A stretch of 64,000 bases of DNA from positions 87,296,001 through 87,360,000 of the forward strand of contig JAGIQG010000012.1 in assembly GCA_024679065.1 (NCBI GenBank). The letters are read 5' to 3'. The stretch's first letter is position 1. Each line of letters starts with the position of its first letter. The notes under the pieces are model-generated. The model was given only the letters and a program-made list of their open reading frames with translations, was not told the origin of the DNA and ran no database searches. Made by a program: the position numbers and the translations under genes. Positions 11,497 to 23,830 of this stretch are shown here, one piece after another. This DNA is from Sphyrna mokarran. Its lineage: Eukaryota.

Positions 11497-13240
11497 CAGG
11501 GCCAGTCATAGACAGCAGTGGGAAGTTGTGCGTGGAGCCTGAAGAGATTTGTGAGGCACTGAATAAATATTTCTCTTCGGTATTCACGCAGAGTGCTGGA
11601 AATGTAGCTATGGAGAACACTGAGGCACAGGGTTGCAAATTGGGAAGTATTGTAGTAGATAGGGAGGATGTGCTAGAAATTCTCGAGGGTTTGAAGTTGG
11701 ATAAGTCCCCTGGGCCGGACGGGATTTACCCTAGGATTCTCTGGGAGGCAAGAGAGGAGATTGCAGAGCCTCTGGCTCTGATCTTCAGGTCCTCGTTGGT
11801 TACGGGTGTGGTTCCGGAGGACTGGAGGATAGCGAATGTGGTCCCATTGTTTAAGAAGGGGAAGAGAGACCTTCCAGGGAATTATAGGCCAGTGAGTCTT
11901 ACTTCTGTTGTGGGCAAAGTATTGGAGAGAATTATTAGGGATAGGATTTATAGTTATTTAGAGAGAAATGAATTGATTGGGGATAGTCAGCATGGTTTCG
12001 TGAAGGGTAGGTCATGCCTTACTAACCTCATTGAGTTTTTTGAGAAAGTGACCAGAGAGGTGGATGGGGGTAAGGCGGTTGATGTAGTATATATGGACTT
12101 TAGTAAGGCGTTTGATAAGGTGGCCCATGGAAGACTTCTACAGAAAATGCAGATGTGTGGAATAGAGGGTGATTTAGCTAATTGGATTAGGAATTGGCTG
12201 GCAGATAGAAGACAGAGGGTGGTGGTTGATGGAGATATTCATCGTGGAGTTCGGTGACAAGTGGTGTACCTCAGGGGTCTGTTTTGGGGCCCCTGCTGTT
12301 TGTAATTTTTATAATGATCTGGATGAGGGTATTGAAGGATGGATTAGTAAATTTGCGGATGACACCAAAGTCGGAGGAGTGGTAGATAGTGAAGAGGGGT
12401 GTTATAGTTTGCAGAGAGACTTGGACAAGTTGCAGAGCTGGCCGAGAGGTGGCAAATGGAGTTTAATGTGGAAAAGTGTGAGGTAATGCACTTTGCAGGA
12501 ACAATAAATGTGTAGAGTATAGGGCTAATGGTAGGGCTCTTAATAGTGTTGAGGAACAGAAGGATCTTGGTGTATGTGTCAATAGATCCCTGAAAGTAGG
12601 CAGTCAAGTGGATAAAGTTGTTAAGAAGGCATATGGAGTCTTAGCTTTTATTGGTAGGGGGATTGAATTTAGGAGCCGCAGCATCATGTTGCAACTGTAC
12701 AAAACTCTAGTGCGGCCGCACTTGGAGTATTGTGTGCAGTTCTGGTCGCCACATTATAAGAAAGATGTGGAGGCATTGGAGGGGGTACAGAGGAGGTTTA
12801 CTAGGATGTTGCCTGGTATGGAGGGCGGGTCCTATGAAGAGAGGTTGAAGGATTTGAGGTTGTTTTCGTTAGAAAGGAGGCGGCTAAGGGGGGATCTTAT
12901 TGAAGCATATAAAATGATTAGAGGTTTAGATAGGGTGGACAGTGATATCCTTTTTCCTAGGATGGAGAAAGCTAGCACGAGGGGACACAGCTTTAAATTA
13001 AGGGGTATGAGTTATAGGACGGATATCAGAGGTAGGTTCTTTACTCAAAGAGTGATTATGGAGTGGAATGCCCTGCCTGCAGCTGTTGTAGATGCGCCAA
13101 GTTTGGTGGCGTTTAAGAGGTTAATTGATAAGTATATGGAAGAGAAGGGAATGGTTTAGTTTGGAGGGGCATTGCTTTTTATTTTGGTCGGCACAACATC
13201 GAAGGCCGAAGGGCCTGTTCTGTGCTGTATTGTTCTATCG
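11497..13240 (+). mobile_element. Young 5'-truncated CR1 (RT)
   Basis: ORFs 11463-12257 and 12608-13159 carry RT motifs and end in KYMEEKGMV. Confidence 0.93.
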
Positions 13241-13850
13241 CCCTCTGCCTTCCATGAGACAGCCAGTTACTTATCCAATCGTCCAAATTTCCTTCTATCC
13301 CACACCTCCTTACTTTCTTCATAAGCCTACCATGAGAAATCTTATCAAACATAGAAAAAATCCATGTATACAACATCAACTGCTCTATCTTTGTCTACAC
13401 ACTTAGTTACTTCCTCAAAAAATTCAAATTTGTGAGGCAGGACTTACCCCTCATGAAACTGTGCTATCCCTGATTAAGTTGATCTTTCCAAACGGTCATA
13501 AATCCTATCTCTCAGGACCCTTTCCAATAAATTACCGATCATTGAAGTAAGACTAACTGGCCTAAAATTACCAGGTCATTCCTATTTTTTTCTTGAGGAG
13601 AGGAACAAAATTTGCCACTCTCTAGTCCTCTGATACAAAATCACTGTGGACAGTGAAGACCCAAAGATCAAAGCTAAAGGTTTCACAATCTCATTCCTTG
13701 CCTCCCAAATGTATCCCATCTGGCCCAGGGGAGTTGGCGACCTTCAGGTTTTTCAAAATTGTTAAAACACCTTCCCTCATAACATCTACCTCCTCCATTC
13801 TATCAGCCTGTATCACACTCTCATCCTGAAAAACATGGCCCCTCTCCTTA
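13240..13850 (-). mobile_element. Old CR1 ORF2 fragment
   Basis: FDKISHGRL..WISNWL on minus. Confidence 0.75.
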
Positions 13851-16212
13851 GAACATAGAACATTACAGCGCAGTACAGACCCTTCAGCCCTCGATGTTGT
13901 GCCGACTAATGTAACCCATTTTATGACCCTCTAACCTAAACTATTCCAATGTTATCCATATGCCTATCCACTGACCATTTGAATGCCCTTAAACTTGACG
14001 AGTCCACAACTGCTGCAGGCAGGGCATTCCACGCCCTTACTACCCTCTGAGTAAAGAACCCACCTCGAGCATCTGTCCTATAACTACCACCCCTTAATTT
14101 AATGCTATGTCCCCTTGTGTTATCCATCTCCATCCGAGGAAAAAGGCTCTCATTATCCACCCTATCTAACCCTCTGATCATCTTATATCTCTCAATTAAG
14201 TCACCTCTTAGCCTTCTTCTCGCTAATGAAAATAAGAGTCCCTTAGCCTTTTCTCATAAGACCTACCCATCATACTAGGCAACATCCTGGTAAACCTCCT
14301 CTGCACCCTTTCCAATGCCTCCACATCTTTCTTATAATGTGGCGACCAAAACTGTACACAATACTCCAAGTGCGGCCACACCAAAGTTTTGTACAGTTGC
14401 AACATGACATCTCGACTCCGAAATTCAATCCTTCTACCAATAAATGAAAACACACTATATGCCTTCTTAACAACCTTATTCAACTTGAATACCAACTTTC
14501 AGAGATCTATGCACCTGTACACCGAGATCTCTCAGCTCATCTACACTACTAAGAATCCTACCATTACCCCTATATTCTGCACACATATTACTTTTACCAA
14601 AGTGAATCACCTCACACTTTTCCACATTAAACTCCATTTGCCACTTCTCGGCCCAGCTCTGCAACTTATCTATGTCCCTCTGCAAACTGTAACATCCATC
14701 CTCACTGTCTACAACTCCTCCGACTTTGATGTCGTCAGCAAGTTTACGAACCCATCCCTCTACACCCTCATCCAGGTCATTTATAAATATAACAAACAAC
14801 AGTGGCCCCAAAACAGATCCCTGAGGTACACCACTAGTAATTAAACTCCAGGTTGAATATATCCCATTAACGACCACCCTCTGTCTTCTATCAGCTAGCC
14901 AATTCCTAATCCAAATTGCTAAATCTCCCTCAATCCCATGCATCTGCATTTTCTGCAGTAGTCTTCCATGGGAAACCTTATCAAACGCTTTGCTAAAATC
15001 CATATACACCACATCAACTGCCTTACCCTTATCCACCTCTTGGTCACATTTTCAAAAAACTCAATAAGGTTTGTGAGGCATGACCTTCCCTCCACAAATC
15101 CATGCTGACTATCCCTAATCAATTCATTTCTTTCCAAATGACTATAAATCCTATCCCTTATAATTCTTTCCAAAACTTTCCCCACAACAGATGTCAGGCT
15201 CACTGGTCTATAATTTGCAGGATGGTTTCTGCTCTCCTTCTTAAACAAGGGGACAACATTTGCCATCCTCCAGTCTTCCAGCACTACACCTATAGCCAAC
15301 GACGACATGAAGATCAAAGCCAAAGGCTCTGCAATCTGCTCTCTAGCCTCCCAGAGTAAAAAGCTTTAGGGTTCTCCTTTATCCTATCCGCCAAAGTCTT
15401 CTCACGTCCTCTTCTAGCTCTTCTTATCTCCCTCTCTAGCTCCCTCCTGGCTAATTTATAACTCTCCTGTGCCCTAACCGAGCCTTCACGTCTCATCTTT
15501 AAATAAGCCTCCTTCTTCCTCTTTACTAATGAACTAACTTCCTTAGTACACCAAGGTTCCCTGGCTCTACCACTTCCTCCCTGCCTGATAGGTACATATT
15601 TATCAGGGACTCGCAGTAGCTGTTCCTTGAATAAGTTCCACATTTCAGATGTTCCCAGCCCCTGCAGTTTCCTACTCCACCCAATGTATCCTAAATCTTG
15701 CCTAATAGCCTCATAATTACCTTTCCCTCAGCTGTAACTTCTTCCCTTTGGTATATGTCTATCCCTTTCCATCACTAAGGTAAACATAACTGAATTGTGG
15801 TCACTATCACCAAAGTGCTCACCCTACCTCCAAGTCTAACACCTGGTCTGGTTCATTACCCAGAACCAAATTCAATGTAGCCTCACCTCTTGTTGGCCTA
15901 TCTACATACTGAGTCATAAAACCCTCCTGCACACATTGCACAAAAACTGACCCCTCTAACGTGCTTGAGCTATAACTTTTCCAATCAATATTTGCAAAGT
16001 TAAAGTCCCCCATAATAACTACACTGTTACTTTCACTTCTGTCCAGAATCACCCTTGCAATCTTTTCCTCCACTTCCCTGGAAATTTTTGGAGGCCTATA
16101 AAAAACTCCCAACACGGTGACCTCTCCTCTCCTTAGTGAACACTGAAGAAAAGTATTTATTCAATGCCTCTCCGATCTCTTCTGACTCCATGCACAAGTT
16201 CCGACTACTATC
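13850..16212 (-). mobile_element. CR1 ORF2 (endonuclease-RT), internally deleted
   Basis: Minus ORFs 13936-16115 with GDFN, YRPVSLTS and PQGSVLGP; tail at 13850. Confidence 0.92.
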
Positions 16213-17070
16213 CTTGACCGGCTCAAACCTCACATAGAACATAGAACATAGAACATTACAGCACAGAACAGGCCCTTCGGCCTTCGATGTTGTGCCGACC
16301 AAAATAAAAAGCAATGCCCCTCCAAACTAAACCATTCCCTTCTCTTCCATATACTTATCAATTAACCTCTTAAACGCCACCAAACTTGGCGCATCTACAA
16401 CAGCTGCAGGCAGGGCATTCCACTCCCTAATCACTCTTTGAGTAAAGAACCTACCTCTGATATCCGTCCTATAACTCATACCCCTTAATTTAAAGCTGTG
16501 TCCCCTCGTGCTAGCTTTCTCCATCCTAGGAAAAAGGCTATCACTGTCCACCCTATCTAAACCTCTAATCATCTTATATGCTTCAATAAGATCCCCTCTT
16601 AGCCGCCTCCTTTCTAACGAAAACAACCTCAAATCCTTCAACCTCTCTTCATAGGACCTGCCCTCCATACCAGGCAACATCCTGGTAAACCTCCTCTGTA
16701 CCCTCTCCAATGCCTCCACATCTTTCTTATAATGGGGGACCAGAACTGCACACAATACTCCAAGTGCGGCCGCACTAGAGTTTTGTACAGTTGCAACATG
16801 ATGCTGCGGCTCCTAAATTCAATCCCCCTACCAATAAAAGCTAAGACTCCATATGCCTTCTTAACAACTTTATCCACTTGACTGCCTACTTTCAGGGATC
16901 TATTGACACATACACCAAGATCCCTCTGTTCCTCAACACTATTAAGAGCCCTACCATTAGCCCTATACTCTACACATTTATTATTCCTGCCAAAGTGAAT
17001 TACCTCACACTTTTCCACATTAAACTCCATTTGCCACCTCTCGGCCCAGCTCTGCAACTTGTCCAAGTCA
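16213..17070 (-). mobile_element. Young CR1 3' fragment
   Basis: ORFs 16327-17066; (CATAGAA)n tail. Confidence 0.92.
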
Positions 17071-17850
17071 CCTTGGTCATTCTTTCATTTCTCACATAAG
17101 AGTAAAAAGCCTTGGGCTTTTCTTTTATCTGACCCATCAAGGACTTCTCATGGTCCCTCCTTGTTCTCTAAGCCCTTTTCTCAACTCATTCCTTGCTACC
17201 TTATAACTCCCAGGTGAACCAACTGAACTTTGTTTTCTCATCCTTACACACGCTTCCTTTTTCCTCTTGACAAGATGTTCAGCCTCCTTTGTGAACCACG
17301 GTTCCCTCACTCGGCCATTTCCTCTCTGCCTGACAGGGACATACCCATCAAGGACACGCAATATTTGTCCCTTGAACAAGCTCCACTTTTCACTTGTGTC
17401 TTTACCTGACAGTTTCTATTCCCATCTTATGCTCCCTAATTCTTACCTAATCGCATCATAATTACCCCTTCCCCAATTATAAACCTTGCTGTGCCATGTG
17501 ACCCTACCCTTCTCCATTGCAATAATTGAAGGACACCGAATTGTGGTCACTATCTCCAAAGTGCTCTCCCACAAACAAATCTAACACTTGGTTCATAACT
17601 CAGTACCAAGACCAATGTGGTCCCACCTCTGGAAGCTTAGTCACATGTTGTGTCAGGAAAATCTCCTGCACACACTGTACAAAAACTACAAGAACTATTC
17701 GATCTATCAATATTTGGAAAGTTAAAGTCACCCATGATAACTACCCTGTGACCTCCACACCTATCCATAATCTGCTTTGCCATTTCCTCCTCCACATCTC
17801 TATTACTATTTGGGGGCCTATAGAAAACTCCTAACAAAGTGACCCCTGTT
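17070..17850 (-). mobile_element. CR1 endonuclease/linker fragment
   Basis: GVFYRPPNS..GDFNFPNID; REPWFTK. Confidence 0.82.
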
Positions 17851-18180
17851 CCTTTTTTTTCCTGAACTTCTGAAATGTTAACTACCCTTGAATATTCGGA
17901 CCCCAGCCTTGGTCACCCAGCTGCCATGTCTCCATAATGCACAATATATCATTTCTTAGTTTTTCAAAGATTTTGTGTTACACCAGGCATTTTTCTTTCC
18001 TGTTGCTGCTGCAGTGGCACAGTGGTTAGCACTACTGCCTCACAGTGTCAGGGACCCGGGTTCAATTCCAAACATGCCTGTCTGGAGTTTATATGCTCTC
18101 CCAGTGCATATGGGAGTTTGCTCCGGGTGTTCCGGTGTAATTCCTACAATCTGTCAGTAATTTCTACAGAGGTTTCAGAC
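17850..18180 (+). repeat. Orphan copy of the intron-1 duplicated block, including a SINE head
   Basis: Homologous to 35340-35660 and 43285-43600 (CTGAACTTCTG..GAATATTC..CCTTGGTCACCCAGCTG..CAGAGGTTTCAGA). Confidence 0.85.
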
Positions 18181-18184
18181 ACTT

Positions 18185-19748
18185 AGAACATAGAACATAG
18201 AACAATACAGCACAGAACAGGCCCTTCGGCCTTCGATGTTGTGCCGACCAAAATAAAAAGCAATGCCCCTCCTAACTAAACCATTCCCTTCTCATCCATA
18301 TACTTATCAACTAACCTCTTAAACGCCACCAAACTTGGCGCATCTACAACAGCTGCAGGCAGGGCATTCCACTCCCTAATCACTCTTTGAGTAAAGAACC
18401 TACCTCTGATATCCGTCCTATAACTCATACCCCTTAATTTAAAGTTGTGTCCCCTCGTGCTAGCTTTCTCCATCCTAGGAAAAAGGCTATCACTGTCCAC
18501 CCTATCCAAACCTCTAATTATCTTATATGCTTCAATAAGATCCCCCCTTAGCCGCCTCCTTTCTAACGAAAACAACCTCAAATCCTTCAACCTCTCTTCA
18601 TAGGACCTGCCCTCCATACCAGGCAACATCCTAGTAAACCTCCTCTGTACCCTCTCCAATGCCTCCACATCTTTCTTATAATGTGGCGACCAGAACTGCA
18701 CACAATACTCCAAGTGCGGCCGCACTAGAGTTTTGTACAGCTGCAACATGATGCTGCGGCTCCTAAATTCAATCCCCCTACCAATAAAAGCTAAGACTCC
18801 ATATGCCTTCTTAACAACTTTATCCACTTGACTGCCTACTTTCAGGGATCTATTGACACATACACCAAGATCCTTCTGTTCCTCAACACTATTAAGAGCC
18901 CTACCATTAGCCCTATACTCTACACATTTATTGTTCCTGCCAAAGTGCATTACCTCACACTTTTCCACATTAAACTCCATTTGCCACCTCTCGGCCCAGC
19001 TCTGCAACTTGTCCAAGTCACTCTGTAAACTAAAACACCCCTCTTCACTATCTACCACACCACCAACTTTAGTATCATCTGCAAATTTACTGATCCATCC
19101 CTCAATACCCTCATCCAGATCATTTATAAAAATTACAAACAGCAGGGGCCCCAAAACAGACCCCTGAGGCACACCACTTGTCACCGAACTCCACGATGAA
19201 TATCTCCCATCAACCACCACCCTCTGTCTTCTATCTGCCAGCCAATTCCTAATCCAATTAGCTAAATCACCCTCTATTCCACACATCTGCATTTTCTGTA
19301 GAAGTCTTCCATGGGCCACCTTATCAAACGCCTTACTAAAGTCCATATATACTACATCAACCGCCTTACCCCCATCCACCTCTCTGGTCACTTTCTCAAA
19401 AAACTCAATGAGGTTAGTAAGGCATGACCTACCCTTCACGAAACCATGCTGACTATCCCCAATCAATTCATTTCTCTCTAAATAACTATAAATCCTATCC
19501 CTAATAATTCTCTCCAATACCTTGCCCACAACAGAAGTAAGACTCACTGGCCTATAATTCCCTGGAAGGTCTCTCTTCCCCTTCTTAAACAATGGGACCA
19601 CATTCGCCATCCTCCAGTCCTCCGGAACCACACCCGTAACCAACGAGGACCTGAAGATCAGAGCCAGAGGCTCTGCAATCTCCTCTCTTGCCTCCCAGAG
19701 AATCCTAGGGTAAATCCCGTCCGGCCCAGGGGACTTATCCAACTCCAC
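18185..19748 (-). mobile_element. Young 5'-truncated CR1 with an uninterrupted RT domain
   Basis: 490-aa open frame 18276-19748; (CATAGAA)n tail. Confidence 0.95.
18276..19748 (-). CDS. CR1 ORF2 reverse transcriptase, C-terminal part (5'-truncated)
   Basis: [38 protein letters not shown] and DLGV with no stops. Confidence 0.8.
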   Translation of the reverse strand: MELDKSPGPDGIYPRILWEAREEIAEPLALIFRSSLVTGVVPEDWRMANVVPLFKKGKRDLPGNYRPVSLTSVVGKVLERIIRDRIYSYLERNELIGDSQHGFVKGRSCLTNLIEFFEKVTREVDGGKAVDVVYMDFSKAFDKVAHGRLLQKMQMCGIEGDLANWIRNWLADRRQRVVVDGRYSSWSSVTSGVPQGSVLGPLLFVIFINDLDEGIEGWISKFADDTKVGGVVDSEEGCFSLQSDLDKLQSWAERWQMEFNVEKCEVMHFGRNNKCVEYRANGRALNSVEEQKDLGVCVNRSLKVGSQVDKVVKKAYGVLAFIGRGIEFRSRSIMLQLYKTLVRPHLEYCVQFWSPHYKKDVEALERVQRRFTRMLPGMEGRSYEERLKDLRLFSLERRRLRGDLIEAYKIIRGLDRVDSDSLFPRMEKASTRGHNFKLRGMSYRTDIRGRFFTQRVIREWNALPAAVVDAPSLVAFKRLVDKYMDEKGMV

Positions 19749-20029
19749 TTAGTGGGACAGCCTTTGTGTCTCCATTTGGAGCCACTGTTCTGCTCAATCC
19801 CACCTTCAGCCCCACCTTTCAGGCCATTGTCATCAGTAAAATCCTCTCTCTCCCCATGGTTATTACCCTTGGGATGAACCCACCTCACTCCCTTCAATCC
19901 AAGGCTCACAGATAGCAACGGCTACAATTGCTTTCACCAATCATTGGCATCATTGGATGGGCCACTCAGGCACCATCAGGCCCTGCTATCTCCTCCCAAA
20001 AACATTCACTACTCCGGCATCATCCTGGA

Positions 20030-20426
20030 ATGCAAGGGAAACTCTTTCCATCTTTTCTCCATTCACAAACATCCCCTTACATCCCTCTCCTGTCAACCCA
20101 CTGGCTCACGGCAAAACTCTCTCGAGGTTCAGCTGGGGTCTGTAGTTTCCGTGTGTCTGCCCTCATCTCTCTCCCCTCTCTCCCCGGGGTGTGGGTCCTG
20201 CATTGCAGAGTATTATGAATGATCACAGCATCCCCAGCAGTGGCAATGCTCCTATAGTTTAGCTTTAAATGGTACTAAATACTCTGGATGTCAGGCTCCA
20301 GCTGATGTGAGGAGCCAATGAACAGCGCAGTCAGAGCAGGCTGACCACAGAAACCACGACAATGAGCAGCGAGAAAAAGTGTATGTTCTGCTCCCATCTT
20401 GGTGAATGGGTGTGGGTTAAACACAC
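20030..20426 (+). repeat. Duplicated unique block D (copies at 33330-33722 and partly 35703-35813)
   Basis: Direct near-identity, e.g. GGAAACTCTTTCCATCTTTTCTCCATTCACAAACATCCCCTTAC..GGTTAAACAC. Confidence 0.9.
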
Positions 20427-20444
20427 ACTTCATTGTAAAAGATT

Positions 20445-21560
20445 GTCAAAAGATACAGCACGATAGAGATCAGCTACAGATATGTGCGGAGAAATGGCAG
20501 ATGGAGTTTAATCTGGGTAAGTGTGAGGTGCTGCATTTTGGGTAATCAGATGTTAAGGGTAAGTATACAGTTAATGGCAGGACCCTGAACAGCACTGATG
20601 TACAGAGGGATCTTGGAGTTCAAGACCATCGCTCCCTGAAAGTGACCACACATGGCGATAGACTGGTAAAGAAGGTGAATGTCATGCTTGCCTTTATTGG
20701 TCGGGGCATTAAGTACAAGGGTCAGGGGGTCATATTGTAGTTTATAAAGCTTTGGTGAGGCCACACTGAGAGACTTGCATCCAGTTCTATTTGCCACATT
20801 ACAGGAAGGATGTGGATGCTTTGGAAAGGATACAGAAGAGGTTTACCAGGATGCTGCCTGTATTAGAGGCAATGAACTATAAGGAAAGGCTGGACAAACT
20901 AGGCTTGTTTTCGAGGGAGCGGCGGAGGCTGAGGGGAGACCTGATAGAATTCTATAAAATGATGAGAGGTATAGATAGGGTTGGCAGTCAGAATCCTTTT
21001 CCCAGGGTTGAAATTTCTAATACGAGGGGACACGCTCTTAACGTGAGAGAGGGTGAAAGTTCACAGGAGATGTGAGGGGTGAGTTTTTTCCACAGAGTGT
21101 GGGAGGTGTCTGGAACACGCTGCCAGGGGCGGTAGTGGAATCAGAGACGATGGGGAGGTTTAAGGGGCTTTTAGATAAGCACATGAATCTGCAAGGAATA
21201 GTGGGATATGGAGCAAGGACAGGAGAAAGGGATGAGTTTAATTTGGCCTCATGTTCTGCACAACATCCTGAGTTGATTTCTGGTCTCCACATTCCAGGAA
21301 AGATGTTGTGTGGAACCTTGGGAATGTGTTGCTTTGTTAAGGGTGCTACACAAATGCAAAGCATTGTTGTTCATTGGAGGCCTGTTTCCATGCTGTAAAT
21401 TTCTATGACTCTACGTCTCTAACACCTTCTTTAGATTTTAACATTCCCATTAACACTCCCTTTCTCTTATATTCCTGATATCTTTGTCAATCTCTCCTTA
21501 GCTCTGACATATCGCTGACCTTCTATTCTATTCCACCTCCTCCAACCCCCCTCTCCAACT
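20445..21560 (+). repeat. Degraded CR1 3' end plus flank; 20731-21560 duplicated at 32221-33050
   Basis: ORFs 20791 and 32281 are nearly identical, including shared defects and flanking sequence. Confidence 0.88.
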
Positions 21561-23830
21561 CTCGATGTTGTCCTGAGCTATATCCAAACCCAAGGTCCAG
21601 CTATCCCATTCCCTACCATTCTGATGTGCTCCATGTGCCTATCCAATAACTGCTTGAAAGTTCCTAAAGTGTCCGACTCCACTATCACAGCAGGCAGTGC
21701 GTTCTACATTCCAACCACTCTCTGAGTGAAGAATCTACCTCGGACATCCCTCCTATATCTCCCACCATGAACCTTACAGTTATGCCCCCTAGTAACAGCT
21801 ACATCCGCCTGAGGAAATAGTTCTGAATGTTCACTCTATCTACTCCCCTAATCACCTTATGAACTTCTCTTAAGTCACCTCTCATCCTCCTCTGCTTTAA
21901 AGGAAAAGGCCTCAGCTCCCTCAACCCAGGCACATGAGCGGAATAGGGATGGAGGGATATAGAAGACTGAGTTAAATAAGGATCATGAGCCTTGGGACGT
22001 CCCTAGGAATTGCATGAGTTGTGCATGATAATGACGTATTTTTCTTTTATCTTGCAGGTGCTCCCCCCCCAAACAAATCTAACGCTTGGCCCAGTTCATT
22101 ACCCAGTACCAAGTCCAATGTGTCCCCACCTCTTGTTGGCTTGTCCACATATTGTGTCAGGAAACTCTCCTGCACACACTGCACAAAAAGTATCCCATCC
22201 GAACTATTCGACCTATAAAGATTCCAATCAATATTTGGAAAGTTAAAGTCACCCATGATAACTATCCTGTGACCTCCTCACCTATCCATAATCTGCCTTG
22301 CCATTTCCTCCTCCACATCTCTATTACTATTTGGGGGCCTATAGAAAACTCCAAACAATGTTCCTGATCCTTTCCTATTTCTAACTTCAGCCCATATTAC
22401 CTCAGTAGGCAGATCCCCCTCAAAATGCCTTTCAGCAGCCGTTAAACTAACCTTGATTAACAATGCTATCCTCCACCTCTTTTATGGCCTTCCCTACTCT
22501 CACTGAAACATTTATACTCTGGAACTGCCAACAACCATTCCTGTCCCTGTTCTAACCATGTCTCCGTAATGGCCACAACATCATAGTCCCAAGAACCAAT
22601 CCAAGCTCCAGGTTCACCTACCTTATTCTGGATGCTCCTTGCATTGAAATAGATACACTTCAACACAGTATCCTGTCTGCCTGTACACTCCTGTGGCCTT
22701 GAAAGCTTTCTCAGTACCTCACTACCCTCAACATTGGCTTTTGAACTACAGCTCATTTTCCCATCCACCTGATAAATTAGCTTAAACCCCCCTGAAGAGC
22801 AGATGCAAATTTCCCTCCCAGGATATTGGTGCCCCTCTGGTTCAGGTGCAAACTGTCCTGTTTGTACAGGTCACATCTTCCCAAGAATGTTCTCCAATTA
22901 TCCATGTAAATGAAACCCTCTCTCCTACACCATCCCTGCAGCCACGTGTTAATCTGCATTCTCTCTCTGTTCCTCAACTCACTCGCACCGGGCTCCGGCA
23001 ACAAAGCAGAGATAACCGCATGCTTTATCCTGGCTCTCAGCTTCCATCCTAGTTCCCTAAATTCCTGTTTCAAATCCCCGTACCTTCTCTTAACTATGTC
23101 ATTGGTACTGATGTGCACCATGACTTGTGACTGTTCCCTTCCTCTTCAAGGATCCTGAAAACACGGTCTGAGATGTCACGGAGCCTTGCACCTGGGAGGC
23201 AACATACCATCTGTGAGTCTCTTTCGCTGCTGCAGAACCTCTTCTCTGTGCTTCTAACTATTGAGACCCCAATAACTGATCTCCCCAATTCCCTTCTGAG
23301 CCACAGGGATGGAGGCAGTGCTGGAGATCCAGTTACCTTAGCTTACCAATGGTAGGTCACTCCCCCTGAACAGTAACCAATGCTGTGTACTTGTTGCCGA
23401 GGGAACGACCACAGGGAATCCCTGTACTGACTGCTTCCTCCCAGCCCCTCTCACCTTCACCATCCATCTTCATTCTCCAGAGTAACTGCATCCATGAAGC
23501 TTCTATCTATGATCACCTCTGCCTCCCGAATGATCCAAAGTTGATCCAGCTCCAGCTCCAGTTGCCGAACGCGGTTTTTGAGGAGCTGGAAATGGGTGCA
23601 CTTCCCACAGGTGAAATCAGCAGAGACACTGATGGCGTCCCTCACCTCGAACATCCTGCAGGAGAAATATTGCACTGCCTTCCCTGCCATCCCCTCTCGA
23701 TAACTTGCAGATAAAACAAGAAAACAATAGAAAGAGCCTGCCTGATATTCACTCACCCCCTTTAGGTTAAAGGAGGTGGAAGGATCACTACAAGTGTAGT
23801 GTCTCGGGTTTAGGAACCATTCAACTTATA
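21560..23830 (-). mobile_element. CR1 fragments: 3' piece, then 5' half with degraded ORF1 and endonuclease
   Basis: Minus ORFs 22047-23756: SCRMFEV..CGKC, VCCLPGA, FNARSI, GDFN. Confidence 0.85.
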
